A stretch of DNA of 64,000 bases from Tubulanus polymorphus (lineage: Eukaryota > Animalia > Nemertea). The notes under the pieces are model-generated. The model saw only the letters and a list, made by a program, of their open reading frames with translations, searched no databases and had not been told where the DNA came from. Positions 38,628-51,154 of this stretch are shown here, one piece after another (within the stretch, counting starts at the first letter, position 1; the number at the start of each line of letters is the position of its first letter). Where the stretch lies: positions 21,014,345-21,078,344 of the forward strand of contig NC_134028.1 in the NCBI RefSeq assembly GCF_964204645.1, read 5' to 3'. Position numbers and translations under genes: made by a program.

Positions 38628-38750
38628 CCCTCAACCGCACCCTCAAATACCCCTCAGCTGCGCTCTCAAATACCTATCAGCCGCGCTCTCAAATACCCCT
38701 CAGCCGCGCCCTCAAATACCCATCAGCCGCGCTCTCAAATACCCCTCAGC
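38628..38750. repeat. 23-bp minisatellite CCCTCAGCCGCGCTCTCAAATAC (~5 units) in intron of copy B
   Basis: Directly visible; ~3 units at 49487-49552 in copy C. Confidence 0.85.
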
Positions 38751-39829
38751 GATGCGTGTCATTGAGAACAGTCTTCATCCTATACAAACTGTGTGTCAGA
38801 TATGATAAATCATACTTCTATCAAAAGTGGCTTTAAAGTTAAGAGAACAATTTCATTGAATAAAGCATAAGCGTTAATGGAATCGGCGTTTGAACTGATA
38901 TTAGCCCACCGCAGTAAAAAACTTTGTTTTTAGATTGGATTAAGATTTCATTCTCCTGACTAATAATGGTATATCTACATGATATTAGGACTTTTGTGCT
39001 AAAGCCACTCTGAGGCGAGCTCAGAGACACGCTAGGATTTAAACTGAACTCTCTGCGGCGCTGTTTATCCATGGTCGAAAGACTGAAGGAGCCAATGAAT
39101 GAACATGATATATGTATAAATGTTTATGAAATATCAAAAAATACAAAAAGAAACAAATAGATAGAAATCATATCGCGGTGTTGATTTTCATTTACCGATT
39201 ATAGGTTGTTAAGATAGTCAGTAATTAATTGATAGTTACGATGATCAGCGAAAAGAAATAACATCGACAATTTCCTGTAATGAAGCATAGATCATCAGTG
39301 ATATTCACTGTTGTGGGACTACAAGCTCCACCAATTGTTATGTCACTGCGTTTCTCTAACAGTTGGTGTGTGACTACTTTCACCAATGTTGTTGACCGGC
39401 TGGTTTATTTGTCCTCAGCTTTCTCCTTTCTCAAGTGAATATAAGTTGAAACTAGTCTTCTTTACGACCACACTACTTCCTTATTTTCTTCTTCTTGGTG
39501 TTACATATCGTTCTGCTTTATCTCCCCAACTCCCTTAACTTCAAACACCTTAGACTTATATACTATTTGGTACATTCTTTACATTCCTATACCCTGACCT
39601 CGCCCGCTTGTATCCTTACCCTATTTGGTATTATCAATCCTGGCTACTTCCATTCTACTCCCTCCTGTACTACAATAACCATCCCTTAAAAGTCCTTACA
39701 TATTAATTATAGTAACTAAATGCTGTTCTTTCTTTTCAAATAACTCCCTCCTCGTAACCCGAGCCATTTGCATTCAGTGTGCGCATCAGCGCACGATCTA
39801 ATGTGCGCTATTGTGCACACGGCACACAT

Positions 39830-39887
39830 AAACACACACACGCACGCTCGCTCGCACGTACGCACGCACGCACGCACGCACGCACAC
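39830..39887. repeat. (CA)n/(CACG)n microsatellite
   Basis: acacacaca cgcacg...cgcacgcacgcacg. Confidence 0.8.
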
Positions 39888-42800
39888 TATCTACTCCTAT
39901 ACAATATGGAATTGAATTGAATTGAACATATACACACATAACCCTAATAACTATTCGCCCTATATTACTAAAGCTTTGTATTTCACGACATTTGCTGAAC
40001 GCCAGAAAAGAAGATGGAATTTGTAACTTAGTAATTAATGAATTGCGAACAAAAAAGACGATTAATATGAACAGGGAGGGGGACCTGATACCTCCCTAAT
40101 ATGAGCAAAGACCCGAAAAACGATTTGTGCAATAACCGATTTCAAAGAAATGCGCCTCCGGTAAAGCGGCAGTTTAGTGATGACTCGCATGCCACAGAGA
40201 GAAGAATTTCAATCAAATTACATTTCATTCCGATCCAAAGGAAATGAATGTTCTATTAACACATCTCACGGCACCAATAAATTTCATTACGTCATTCATA
40301 AGTTGTCAAAGTTGCTCGGCTTGTTTCAACAAAGTACGAATACATACCACAAATAACGTCTTGACAGTTCATATAACTTGTGTGAGTCAAGAAAGCACTC
40401 TTCGGAACTTTTTTGTAGTAAGGAAGCCCGGATCAGCTTCAGTGCCTTAACTAAGTTTTTCTAAAGATTAGCACTAACTAACTTAGGCTAAGCATGACTT
40501 GCTACAAGCCATGGGTAAGGTAAAGTCAAAAAGCGGCTTAAGCTATCAGAATGGCAATTGTCTCCGGGTCGAATATGACAATATTCTACGTACGTGTCTT
40601 CACTGACCTACCTTTATATTCATTGTTTCTGCAAATGAAGTGAATCTGCGACAAATTGACAACGTGTTGAAACTGCTTCACGTTCTGAAGCTGAAAGAAC
40701 CGCGGCTTTTATTACGTGGAGCAAATCGATTCACTGCGGCACCTGCAGCTCTCAACCTGTCAAAGTCTTACGTAAAAGTGGTAAATCCTTTTTATCGAAT
40801 TTATGCAATTTTCCTGAATTACCATAGAAAATATCTCATTAGTTCATTTTAAATTAACTTTGAACTGGATTCTTAATCCATATCAGGACCAACATGAAAA
40901 AAACTCATTCTTCTTATCAGATTTGGATAATAGTTCTCATAAATGATTGATTCATTAAGAGAAAATTTCATTCAGATTTAATTGAAATGTAGAAGGAAAT
41001 TGAACCTGGACGACCAACTATCTACTAACGAACCTGGCGGATCCTCACCTGCCATACACCAGAAATCAAACCCGGAAGTAGCTCCACAGCGACCTTGGCA
41101 TTTGACATAGGCATTGGCATTGGGGACGACCAATAGTCGACATTTTGAATGTCCCAAGTTCTGCATTGGGACCATCACATCATTATTGTTCAAATGTAAA
41201 ATTGCAATGATCGAGTTGAAAAGGACTTGAGTCAAAATGTTCCGGTTTCGTAGACGGAGCTTTAACACAGGGGCCAACTCATTTATCAATTGAGATTAAA
41301 AGTTCATAATATTCTATGAAAGAAGCCCCTCAATATTTTGCTGTAAATCATCATTGCCCTATACGCAGTATTACGCGGCTGTAGCTGCAGGTGTTTTTGA
41401 AACGTCGATATTTCATCAGAAAACTTTTATGCGAATGAACGACACTACGATGGATGACGTGGCGTTTAGAACAACCATGTAATGTAATTCATAGAGATAT
41501 TGAATCATACATAATGTTGAGACATATATAACCGATTGTACCTAGTGTTTCAGGCACCTATAATTAATTCACTAAATCTATCATGTTCCGTGTATTGTAA
41601 TTGATGATCATTAACCCTTTTAAGTTCAAGTTTTTACACTGCGACTATCCTAGAAATTCAATTAAATTATTTTTAGCAATTGTTGCGCTTTTCGACAACA
41701 CATATTTTAAGCCATATAATACACGTATTTCAAGAACTATCAGTCCTATAGCAGTATAATAAAAGTTTGCAAACAATATAATGACATTTCATATGATACC
41801 AGGTTTGAGTATTTTAGTTACATAGAATTCAGGGTCAGTTTTTGTCAGATTTATCAGAGGCGGGGCCAGGACTTAACCTTGAGAATGGTTTGATTTTCGT
41901 CGCCTAAGAGACAAACGATAAAACTTTGTCACGGGTTGGCGCGGTCTGTGTGGTATGCATGAACACGTTCTTGGTACCAAATGAAAAATATGGCCTACTG
42001 GTCGTGTGTATGTGTAAGAATCATTAATTTTTACTGATACGATAAAGTTCAGATAGATTTTTGGACCATTTAAGTATGGACGCTCTGCGTGACGTCACTG
42101 CGCGCGCTGATCAAAATCAAAAGTTGCCCGCTTTCATCCTCCCCCAGCAGGGATTCAAACCTGATGGCATCGAGATTCGGTTCGTGCCGTGGCTGAGTAA
42201 TATCCTTTATCCGGAAAAGTCTTAATGGGCAAAGTCTTTGCCACAATCCCGATTTATCATAATCTTTTTTTCAGAAGGGACAACCTGGTGTGAATGTGAC
42301 ACGGGTAAAGTTAGCGTCCCTTTCTTTTTTGTTGGTTGTAAAAACGGATACCGTAAACTTGCGAATTAATCGTTTTAAGTAACCGGATTAATTCGAAAAT
42401 CAGGTTCTAATGGGGCGTTAAAACGCTAAACTCGCTTTAACGTGGCGTTTAAATGAATAGCTGATTATAAGTGAAAATATGCTTAAAAACAAAATGGTCG
42501 AGCTTGAATGTAGTCCATTTTTTCTAATGTGGCCCGAATCAGCCACCAAATATACGGATCGGATAAGTTTCTAGAGAAGTTAGAGCTTTGTTGGGCTGGG
42601 TGTAAAATAAAGCGAGGTGTCTGCATAATATATTTTCAATATACCTAACTCAAGGTAGAGTTCCTGTGTATGTAGAGCAATCGATCAAAACCAATTAACG
42701 AAAAGCTCGATTTAGCTGAATTTTCTGAAGTATTTTAATCAATGAAAGTGGTATTAAAATTTCTATCAATCTGGAACTGAACAAACTATATATAGATTGG

Positions 42801-43924
42801 TGGAGCAATACAGCTATCTACTAGCGAACCTGGTGGATCCTCACCTGCCATACGTGGAATCCTCGATTGCCACAGTAGCACTGCGGGTACCCCATTTAGG
42901 TTAAAGGTGAGTTTTAAACCTAGCTGTAACATAATAGTATATCAAGTATAGAAAAACATTATGTACATGTATCTACATTATTCAATCACTATCCCTCTGT
43001 ATTTTGAGTGAAAGCTATAGATTTAGTTCGTTTTCAACTTATTCAATCCTTCAGGACTTTACTGATTAATGTTAATATATTCTCATGTTCACTTGATTCT
43101 CTTCATATTTCCTTACCCCTGGCAGGCACTTTTACGTTTGGTATATTTAAACCTATCTCTGGTATCATATATCACAACTATACTCTTTGGGGACAACCAA
43201 TATAGTCGACATTTTGATAGAACCAAGTTATACATTAGGATCATCAAACTTTTATTAGTGTAAGTGGCAAAATTGCAATGGTCGACTTGATTAGCTATTG
43301 GTTAGTTCGTTTTCAACTTATTCACATCCCTTCAGGACTTAAATGATTGTTAATATATTCTCATGTTCATTTCATTCTATTCATATTTCCTCATCTCTGG
43401 CAGGCACTTTTATGTATGGTATATTTCACCTTTGGAATAAGGTATTAGAACTATATTTATGGGGACGACCAAAGTTCTTAATAGTCTATGGAAGCAGCCC
43501 CTATAATTTGCTGTAAATCATGAATTGCCCTATACGCAGTTAATGCAGACTACAGTAGCTGCAGGTGTTTATGCAACTTCGATATTTCATCAGAAAACTT
43601 TTATGCAGATCAGCAACACTCCGATAAATGGCGTGGCGTTTAGAACAATCATGTAATTCAGCTAGATATTGAATCACAAGTCATGTTGAGAAATCGATTG
43701 TACAGCAGCCATTATATGGCTCTAGTGTTTCAGGCATCATTACTCTATTAATTCTATCATGTTCGGCGTGTATTGTAATTGATGATGAAATATAGAAACC
43801 ATTAATGTTTGGATATCGGAGGATCGGATGTTCGACCGGCGATTATTGAACATGCGAAAAAATCTTTCCTTCAGCTATTAGTTTATTCAATGTTTCGACT
43901 ATAACATAGTCATCCCCATGCGGG

Positions 43925-44775
43925 TTTTTCAAAAATGTCATGAATATTTTAGACTAATATATTTTCGTTGACCGACAAGATCTTTTTTGCAAAAAAGGTA
44001 TGTTTCGATCGAAAGTATGACAAACCATATATGCCACAATCGAGCTTAGAGCTTCGAGGTACACCCAGGCTAGCCATAGAAAATTCTTTAACAGCCGTGT
44101 AGTACCTGTTTTAACTTATGGCTGCCAAATATGGGGTTTCAAGGAACAAAGAAATCTGGAAAGAATCCCTCTCAAATTTTATAAATACCTCCTGGGAGTT
44201 AAAAAAAAAACTCAACACCTGGTAATTTTGTATTTAGTGAAATTGGTCAATATCCCATATTTATCCAGCAAAGAATGTTAATTTTGAAATACTGGCTTTA
44301 TATACTTAAAATAATACCCGAGAAACTAAATAAGCTGATGTACAATCAAATGCTAGATGATATACGCGATCACCGTGTAATTAATTGGGCTTCTTCGGTT
44401 AGAGATCTATTGAATGGTCTCGGATATGGCCAATTCTGGTTAGACCAGCAAGTTGACAATGAAAAGTGGTTCCTGCACTCAATCGAGGTTACAATGCTTG
44501 ATCAGTTCAAACAGCAATGGCATACTTTTTAGAAAACTCATCTAAAGCCAAATACTTTCGTAAATTTAAGAAGGGAGTAATCTATGAATGATATCTAGAT
44601 TTACCTTAAGGAGGTACGCACTAGGATTGCAAGGTTTAGATGTTCTAGTCATGATCTGTTAGTCGAAACTGGACGTTGGGCCAGACCTAAGAAACCTCAC
44701 AATAATTGTATTTGCAGATGTTGTAATCGGAATGAAATTGAGGATGAGTACCATTTTGCTTTAAAATGTCAATAG
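43925..44775 (+). mobile_element. Decayed non-LTR retrotransposon ORF2 3' region (CR1/L2/Crack-group-like)
   Basis: Frameshifted translation PVLTYGCQIWGF...KFYKYLLGV, ILKYWL..., RFRCSSHDLLVETGRW...CRCCNRNEIEDEYHFALKC; contains stops. Confidence 0.8.
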
Positions 44776-45291
44776 AATTGCCAATTAAAAAGAGTTTGTC
44801 GAGATGGATTTCATACTCAATTTCTAGCAAAAATCATATCTGACATCAGGTGTGGCCAATGAGGTTAGGAGAATATTGCGAATATCCAGTTGATCTGATT
44901 TTCTGGTCTTTCCCAAGTCTGACCCAACTCACTGTCTGTATGGGAAATATCAGTAGAGATGCTGCGGTGGATCCAATAATCTGATCTCAAACCACTGATG
45001 AGGAGTTCAACAATTGTAAACCTTATTCAGATAAAATCTAGTCATTTTTCACATCACCGCATAAAAACATCACTTCACTGAATACATTTCACATATGGTT
45101 GATAAAGAAAGCATCTCCCCATTCGGCCAAGGCCAACTACTTACAACGTGAATATTATGTACCGGTATCAATTGAGTGTCTGTTAATTCCGAGTTGATCC
45201 CAGTTTCGCTGATTCGACGAGACGCCATTTTCACATGCTTGACATGCAATAGGTGTGGTGTCTAAGTGTGGAGAACAAAGTTAGAGAAATA

Positions 45292-45515
45292 GGGGCATAG
45301 AGGGGGTTAGAAACCCGGACCAGCAAATTGCTGGCCAAACGTCTACCCACTAGACCACAGAGGCTCTTGCAATCCACTCGTAAGTTTTCACTTCATATAG
45401 TCTCGCCTTACCCTTACCCTATCCCTAGGGGTAAAACGGACCTTAAAAACCTCACCCTAACCCTAACCGTCTGTACCCTCTAGAGCCTAACTCTATCGAA
45501 CCCTAACCCTAAAAC
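45292..45515 (-). repeat. tRNA-derived head with adjacent telomere-like (CCCTAA) repeats
   Basis: Minus strand TGTGGTCTAGTGGGTAGACG...CCGGGTTTCTAACCCC; plus strand cttacccttaccct and ccctaaccctaacc at 45408-45512. Confidence 0.5.
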
Positions 45516-46523
45516 CGATATAAGGATTTAATTGTTATATTTAATTAGTATCTTATTATATATAGCCATTGGCAAAATATCCTAAAATAAATTCACTAAA
45601 ATAATGTCGCATTGGCAAAATATCCACTTCCTTAATAATATTAAAACACAATTTTTATTTTAGGGAATCTGCTTTTGAAATCGGTTTCAAGCCACTTTTA
45701 AGCGGCAGCGTATAGTTTGCAAGAATTACCGCAGTTGTATGTGAATAGTTAGTGTAATCTTTATATGGTATGTGCAACTTTCCTTGGATCTGACACAGGG
45801 ACCTGACACAAAAGGTCTTTTGTGTCAGGCCCCAGTGGGGATCAGACGGGACCAAAAAATTTCGCTTATGTCACTCATGCACTGCTTCAAATAATGTATG
45901 AATCCGACGGCCATTTGTCAGTGTTGTGAAAATCTTCATGTGCAGACATGCATAGCTTATATCTAGTCTACACATCAAGATTTCATTTTGGATAAGAAGT
46001 AATGACTGCACATCCTTGAGTGTTAACCATAGAAAATAGGCCATAGAAATTGATAGAGCTGATGTCTGCGAGGGAGTAATTATTCTTGCAGTGTAGAGAT
46101 CCACTACAGGGGTGATCTAGGGGCTTTTTCGTATAGATATCATCACAGCATCCTGGCCACGGCACTATGACTCGGCAGGTTGTCAGCTCAAATGCTATAA
46201 AATTCCACCATTTTCCCGATTTTTCAATATGTCGAGGAGGGACACCCCCAGTCTCGCGACCTGATCGGTCACTCTGACTTCGCCGCTAAACGGCTCGCCA
46301 ATCCGTTTCTTCCTGCAATTCGGTTAATTTTCGAATCCACAGTTCAAATCTAGCTTTTAACAAGATTTTATTCATGTGTGGATGAAAGTATATAAAACCT
46401 CCATCATCCTTCAGCAAAGTGTTTAATGTTAAGCCGTTCAGCAACCTCTGATCAAACATCATTCAGCCCGAAGATGTATAAAACTCGCAAGAATCAATCG
46501 ACAAAAGGGCACCCACCCTACAC

Positions 46524-46920
46524 CGGTCATCCTTATTACCGAGATGACGTATTTTACCGAGATGAACCGAGATGAAATGAAATATAACATATTTATTTAT
46601 TCCTTATCGATTTTAACAATTGAAATCACATTATATCAGTAATAAATGCCTGCTGGAGTCATATTTTACACATTTTGTCGGATATTTTTGTAGAAAAATA
46701 ACTTTATCGAGATGAGATCGTCGATCAATCAAATTCGATGAAATTTTATTGCTAACCGAGTTTACGTATTTGAAGTCAAATTTTTTTTAAATAAAAAGAT
46801 ATGTAAAATATGACTCTATGTATCACTGATATAACATGATTTCAATTGTTAAAATCGATAAGGAATAAATAAATATGCTATATTTCATTTCATGAACATC
46901 TCGGTAATAAGGATGACCCT
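46524..46920. mobile_element. Second copy of the 1094-1525 MITE, reverse orientation
   Basis: CGGTCATCCTTATTACCGAG...CTCGGTAATAAGGATGACCCT flanked by CTACAC repeats. Confidence 0.85.
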
Positions 46921-47048
46921 CTACACACATTCATTCTTCACAGGCATACCAAACATTCACAGATTCACATACAAACATGGCTCAGATAAATATTTTCAAG
47001 AGATAATCGCTTTTAAATGACTGTTTGAGGGAATTAGGTGATTTTTTT

Positions 47049-47295
47049 TTATTCAAGGTTGTTATTGGAATTTTGCAACATTATTGGAATTAAGTTGAAG
47101 AAACTTTTATTAAAAATGCTTTTCTTATGGTGAGCGATTCGAGGATGATTGTGCTGACGAGTATTGTATTGATGATATACAGAATTCTTTTGAAATAAGT
47201 CTATGATCGGTGTCGGTAGTTCACTGTTGATAAACTGATATGCGTGTTTAAGTATTTCTAACTGGATCATGTCTTGGAATTTTAGAAGTTATTCG
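47049..47295 (-). mobile_element. LINE ORF2 C-terminal relic (L2/Crack-like)
   Basis: LLKFQDMIQLEILKHAYQFINSELPTPIIDLFQKNSVYHQYNTRQ... with an HxYNTR motif. Confidence 0.7.
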
Positions 47296-47932
47296 AACGA
47301 CTTTTTTCTGTAATTCTTCTAATCTGGACAGGTTTCTTTTTAAGATAAGAGGATAAAATTAGCTATGATGATATCAATTATCTTTCGCTAAAGTTGGTAA
47401 TTACTTAAAAGAGTGTCTATTACAATTGTTATTTTACTGATAATTATATGATATATATTTTGACATTGAAACTTTACTGTAAACTCTTCATTTCATAACA
47501 ATAGTCTCAACTATAAGTCTTAGATATCTATTACCTCTTAGTATTCTTATAATCGTGAGTTTCAGCGTTGTATTTTAAGGGTTTAAGAAAAAAGCATTTT
47601 CAATTAAAGCGTTTTTGTTTTTTGTGCTCATGGGATCTTTGGTGATGCCATAACGCGACCAGTGAGCGGATTAGCATGTTATACTATTACGAAAAGCAAG
47701 ATCTTGGACGCTTTACAATCACCAGATTCACAACTACCTCACATTTTGCCGAAAGTCTTCAAGTTACAACGGGCCAAATCAATGATAATCAAATTCGTAA
47801 AAAATAACATAATACACGTGACATGACAAACATTAGCACGCGTTTTTTCACTTACGGATGGGCTTTGTGATCATGAATCAACACCAATGAATTAACATAA
47901 TCAATTACAATGAACTTAGCTATACTTGCTTA

Positions 47933-48699
47933 GTTCGTTCGTTCGTTCGTTCGTTCGTTCGTTCGTTCTTTCGTTCGTTCGTTCGTTCGTTCGTTCGTTC
48001 GTTCGTTCCGTTCGTTCCGTTCGTTCGTTCGTTCGTTCGTTCGTTCGTTCGTTCGTTCGTTCGTTCGTTCGTTCGTTCGTTCGTTCGTTCGTTCGTTCGT
48101 TCGTTCGTTCGTTCGTTCGTTCGTTCGTTCGTTCGTTCGTTCGTTCGTTCGTTCGTTCGTTCGTTCGTTCGTTCGTTCGTTCGTTCGTTCGTTCGTTCGT
48201 TCGTTCGTTCGTTCGTTCGTTCGTTCGTTCGTTCGTTCGTTCGTTCGTTCGTTCGTTCGTTCGTTCGTTCGTTCGTTCGTTCGTTCGTTCGTTCGTTCGT
48301 TCGTTCGTTCGTTCGTTCGTTCGTTCGTTCGTTCGTTCGTTCGTTCGTTCGTTCGTTCGTTCGTTCGTTCGTTCGTTCGTTCGTTCGTTCGTTCGTTCGT
48401 TCGTTCGTTCGTTCGTTCGTTCGTTCGTTCGTTCGTTCGTTCGTTCGTTCGTTCGTTCGTTCGTTCGTTCGTTCGTTCGTTCGTTCGTTCGTTCGTTCGT
48501 TCGTTCGTTCGTTCGTTCGTTCGTTCGTTCGTTCGTTCGTTCGTTCGTTCGTTCGTTCGTTCGTTCGTTCGTTCGTTCGTTCGTTCGTTCGTTCGTTCGT
48601 TCGTTCGTTCGTTCGTTCGTTCGTTCGTTCGTTCGTTCGTTCGTTCGTTCGTTCGTTCGTTCGTTCGTTCGTTCGTTCGTTCGTTCGTTCGTTCGTTCG
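47933..48699. repeat. (TTCG)n / (AACG)n microsatellite, ~190 units
   Basis: Nearly perfect 767-bp array; source of the TNER/FVRS pseudo-ORFs. Confidence 0.98.
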
Positions 48700-48970
48700 C
48701 TGCACTTTCACTATTGTACGTATTATGCTCTTGCTACCGTGATCCAATAAACATGTATGGTTAGCACGCTGTATATCCGTTAAAGTGTAATGATCAGTGT
48801 TGAATTTATACATTCTATCCAAAATGCATCCTCTTTGTGTACTTTGATTCTATATCATATCTCAGAAAGTTTAATTGAGAGAGCAAGGTACTTAAATCTA
48901 AGAATAACACAACATAGATTTAACGACCATATTTTTTATTGGTAATTCAACTCACATTATCATACGTAGC

Positions 48971-51154
48971 CTACGCCTCTAAATAACAATCTTCGTATTT
49001 GTTTTCTACTGATTCACATAGCTTTTCGCAATCCTCGGTACCACCATTACAATGTTCGGAATTGGCTTTATTGAAACAATCGGTCGTCTCTTCATCGAAA
49101 GGACACTGAAGTGTTTCTCCGTCATTTTCTTTTGCAGCACTTTCTTTGCAAGCCACGATCTTACCATTATATGGTTGACAACCGTCAGGTAAACCCGGAT
49201 TATTGTCAGCGCACACCAGACCCAACGACAACACCAACACGGCCAATATCACATGAACCTGAATATGGATGGAATCAAAACAGATCATCTTAAACATCGT
49301 CTATTATTGAATCAATTAGATTTTTGAAAGAGTAAAGAGAAAGTTTCAAAATAACGAGTGCATTACAGAATGGTCAATATATTTCTGAATCGCGCCTACA
49401 TGTATATTCATTTGTTAATACATCGTGTTTATCAACGCTAAAAGATTAGCTGTAAGATATCTGACACGTGACACAGGCAGTATTTCCCTCATCCGCGCCG
49501 TCAAATACCCCTCAGCCGCGCTCTCAAATACCCCTCAGCCGCGCTCTCAAATAAAAGAACCCCTCAATGCGTGTTATTGAGAACAGTCTAAATTTAGTCC
49601 GTTTCATCCTATACAAAAGTCTGTGTTAAAACTGGTGGTCAGATAAAATAAATCGTTTCTATCAAAAGTGGCTTATAGTCTTTATTAAGAGAACAATTTC
49701 ATTAAATAAAGCATTGGCATTAATGGAATCAGCCTTTGAATTGATATTAGCCCGCCACATTAAAAAACATTGTTTTTAGATTGGATTAAACTTTCATTTA
49801 CCTGCCTATAATGGTATATATGCAATATACATGTCAAATTGTTGATAAGATATCAAAATTTGCAGTAATAAAGTTATAACCATTGATACAGTACAGGTAA
49901 AATTAGCCTAACCAGATACAATGACTCGGTTAGTTAAAGTTTAACCGCCCGAGTCAATTCTGAAGGTCAACGTATCATCTAAGGAGGTTCATTTAAAACA
50001 TTTCCGTATTGATATCAGTGAAGACATATCTGTCACGCTTTTGTTGCAATTTTTCACTCAATTAATATCTTACTTTTTTAGATAAGAATCGTATAAGGCG
50101 CGATGTTTTAAATCATATCATCAGTGATATTTGCTAAAGCTTTGTATTTCACGACATTTGCTGAACGCCAGAAAAAAAGATGGAATTTGTAACTTGCGTT
50201 TATACGTCGTATTGAATTGCAAGCAAAGACGATTTCCCTACAAACCGATAGGATTTGTGCAATAACCGATTTCAAACAAATGCGCCTCCGGTAAAGCGGC
50301 AGTTTAGTGATGACTCGCATGCCACAGAGAAGAATTTCAAGCAAATTACATTTCATTCCAAAGATTATGATAATGAATGTTCTATTAACACAGCAGTTTG
50401 CGCTTCCCTTGGATCTCACGGAACCATTAAACTTCTCTTACGTAATTCATACAGATAAATGATACAACAAACTTCAGCAGAAAGTTGTACTTTCGTGCTG
50501 GTCGCCCCAGTTGATACCGTGCGTATTTTGTAGAGAGGCCACATAGAAAGGTGTGCTCTCTATCGGAAGCGATCCTATGTGGAACGTCTCTTTAAATCCG
50601 AGTCCAGACGAGGAGAATACTAACTAGTATATTTTCGATGATCTGAAGTGGATAAGGTATGTCAAAGCTCGCGACTCGCAGGTCGGCCTTTTCGCTATAA
50701 TATTCGGCAGGTCGGCGCTTGTCGGTTTCAGAACTTATTCGGCGTATCTCTAACTCCGACTCTAATTCTGTTCGGTTCTGTTCTGTTCTGTTCTATCCTG
50801 ATCTGATCTCATATTCATAATGGGTGACTAAAGTTGACATAAGCTGACATGTGAGAGAGTGCCAAACTAACAATTTACTATTCACAACTATGATTATATT
50901 AATTATCTTCCTCCAAGGGTTGATAATTACTAAATCAATAGAGTTTTTATTACAAATGTTATTTTACTGATAATCATAAGATGTATAGGCCGATTTTGAC
51001 ATGGAAACTATACAATATTCCTCATTTCATTAAGATAAACACAAGATGTTCATTCATACGCTTGTAAAAGCTATCAGAATGGCAGAGAAACTGCTATCGT
51101 CTCCGGATCCAACGTTCTACGTACGTGTCTTCGCTGACCTACCTTTATATTCAT
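48971..51154 (-). CDS. Small secreted acidic 8-Cys protein, copy C (~99 aa)
   Basis: Exon 1 51154-51143 ATGAATATAAAG|gtaggt; exon 2 49258-48971. MNIKVHVILAVLVLSLGLVCA + DNNPGLPDGCQPYNGKIVACKESAAKENDGETLQCPFDEETTDCFNKANSEHCNGGTEDCEKLCESVENKYEDCYLEA; AATAAA at 48940-48935. Confidence 0.85.

Larger units (their letters stand above)
38057..40623 (-). pseudogene. 8-Cys secreted family copy B, 3'-truncated or chimeric (4 Cys left)
   Basis: Exon 1 40623-40612 ATGAATATAAAG|gtaggt; exon 2 from 38410: VLVILAVLVLSVGLVSADMTSGCKSYDRKIVDCKESAAKEDDGETLLCPFAEVTTKCFKKAN. Homology ends near 38225 and the frame runs on in unrelated sequence to a stop at 38057. Confidence 0.7.

Noticed and set aside
43886-43920. 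Minus-strand hammerhead-like motif GATGACTATGTTATAGTCGAAAC
   Set aside because: Stem II and GAAAC are present but the CUGANGA core is lost (ATGGGGA); at most a Penelope relic.
47920-48822. 300-aa TNER and 274-aa FVRS repeat proteins
   Set aside because: Stop-free translation of the (TTCG)n microsatellite.
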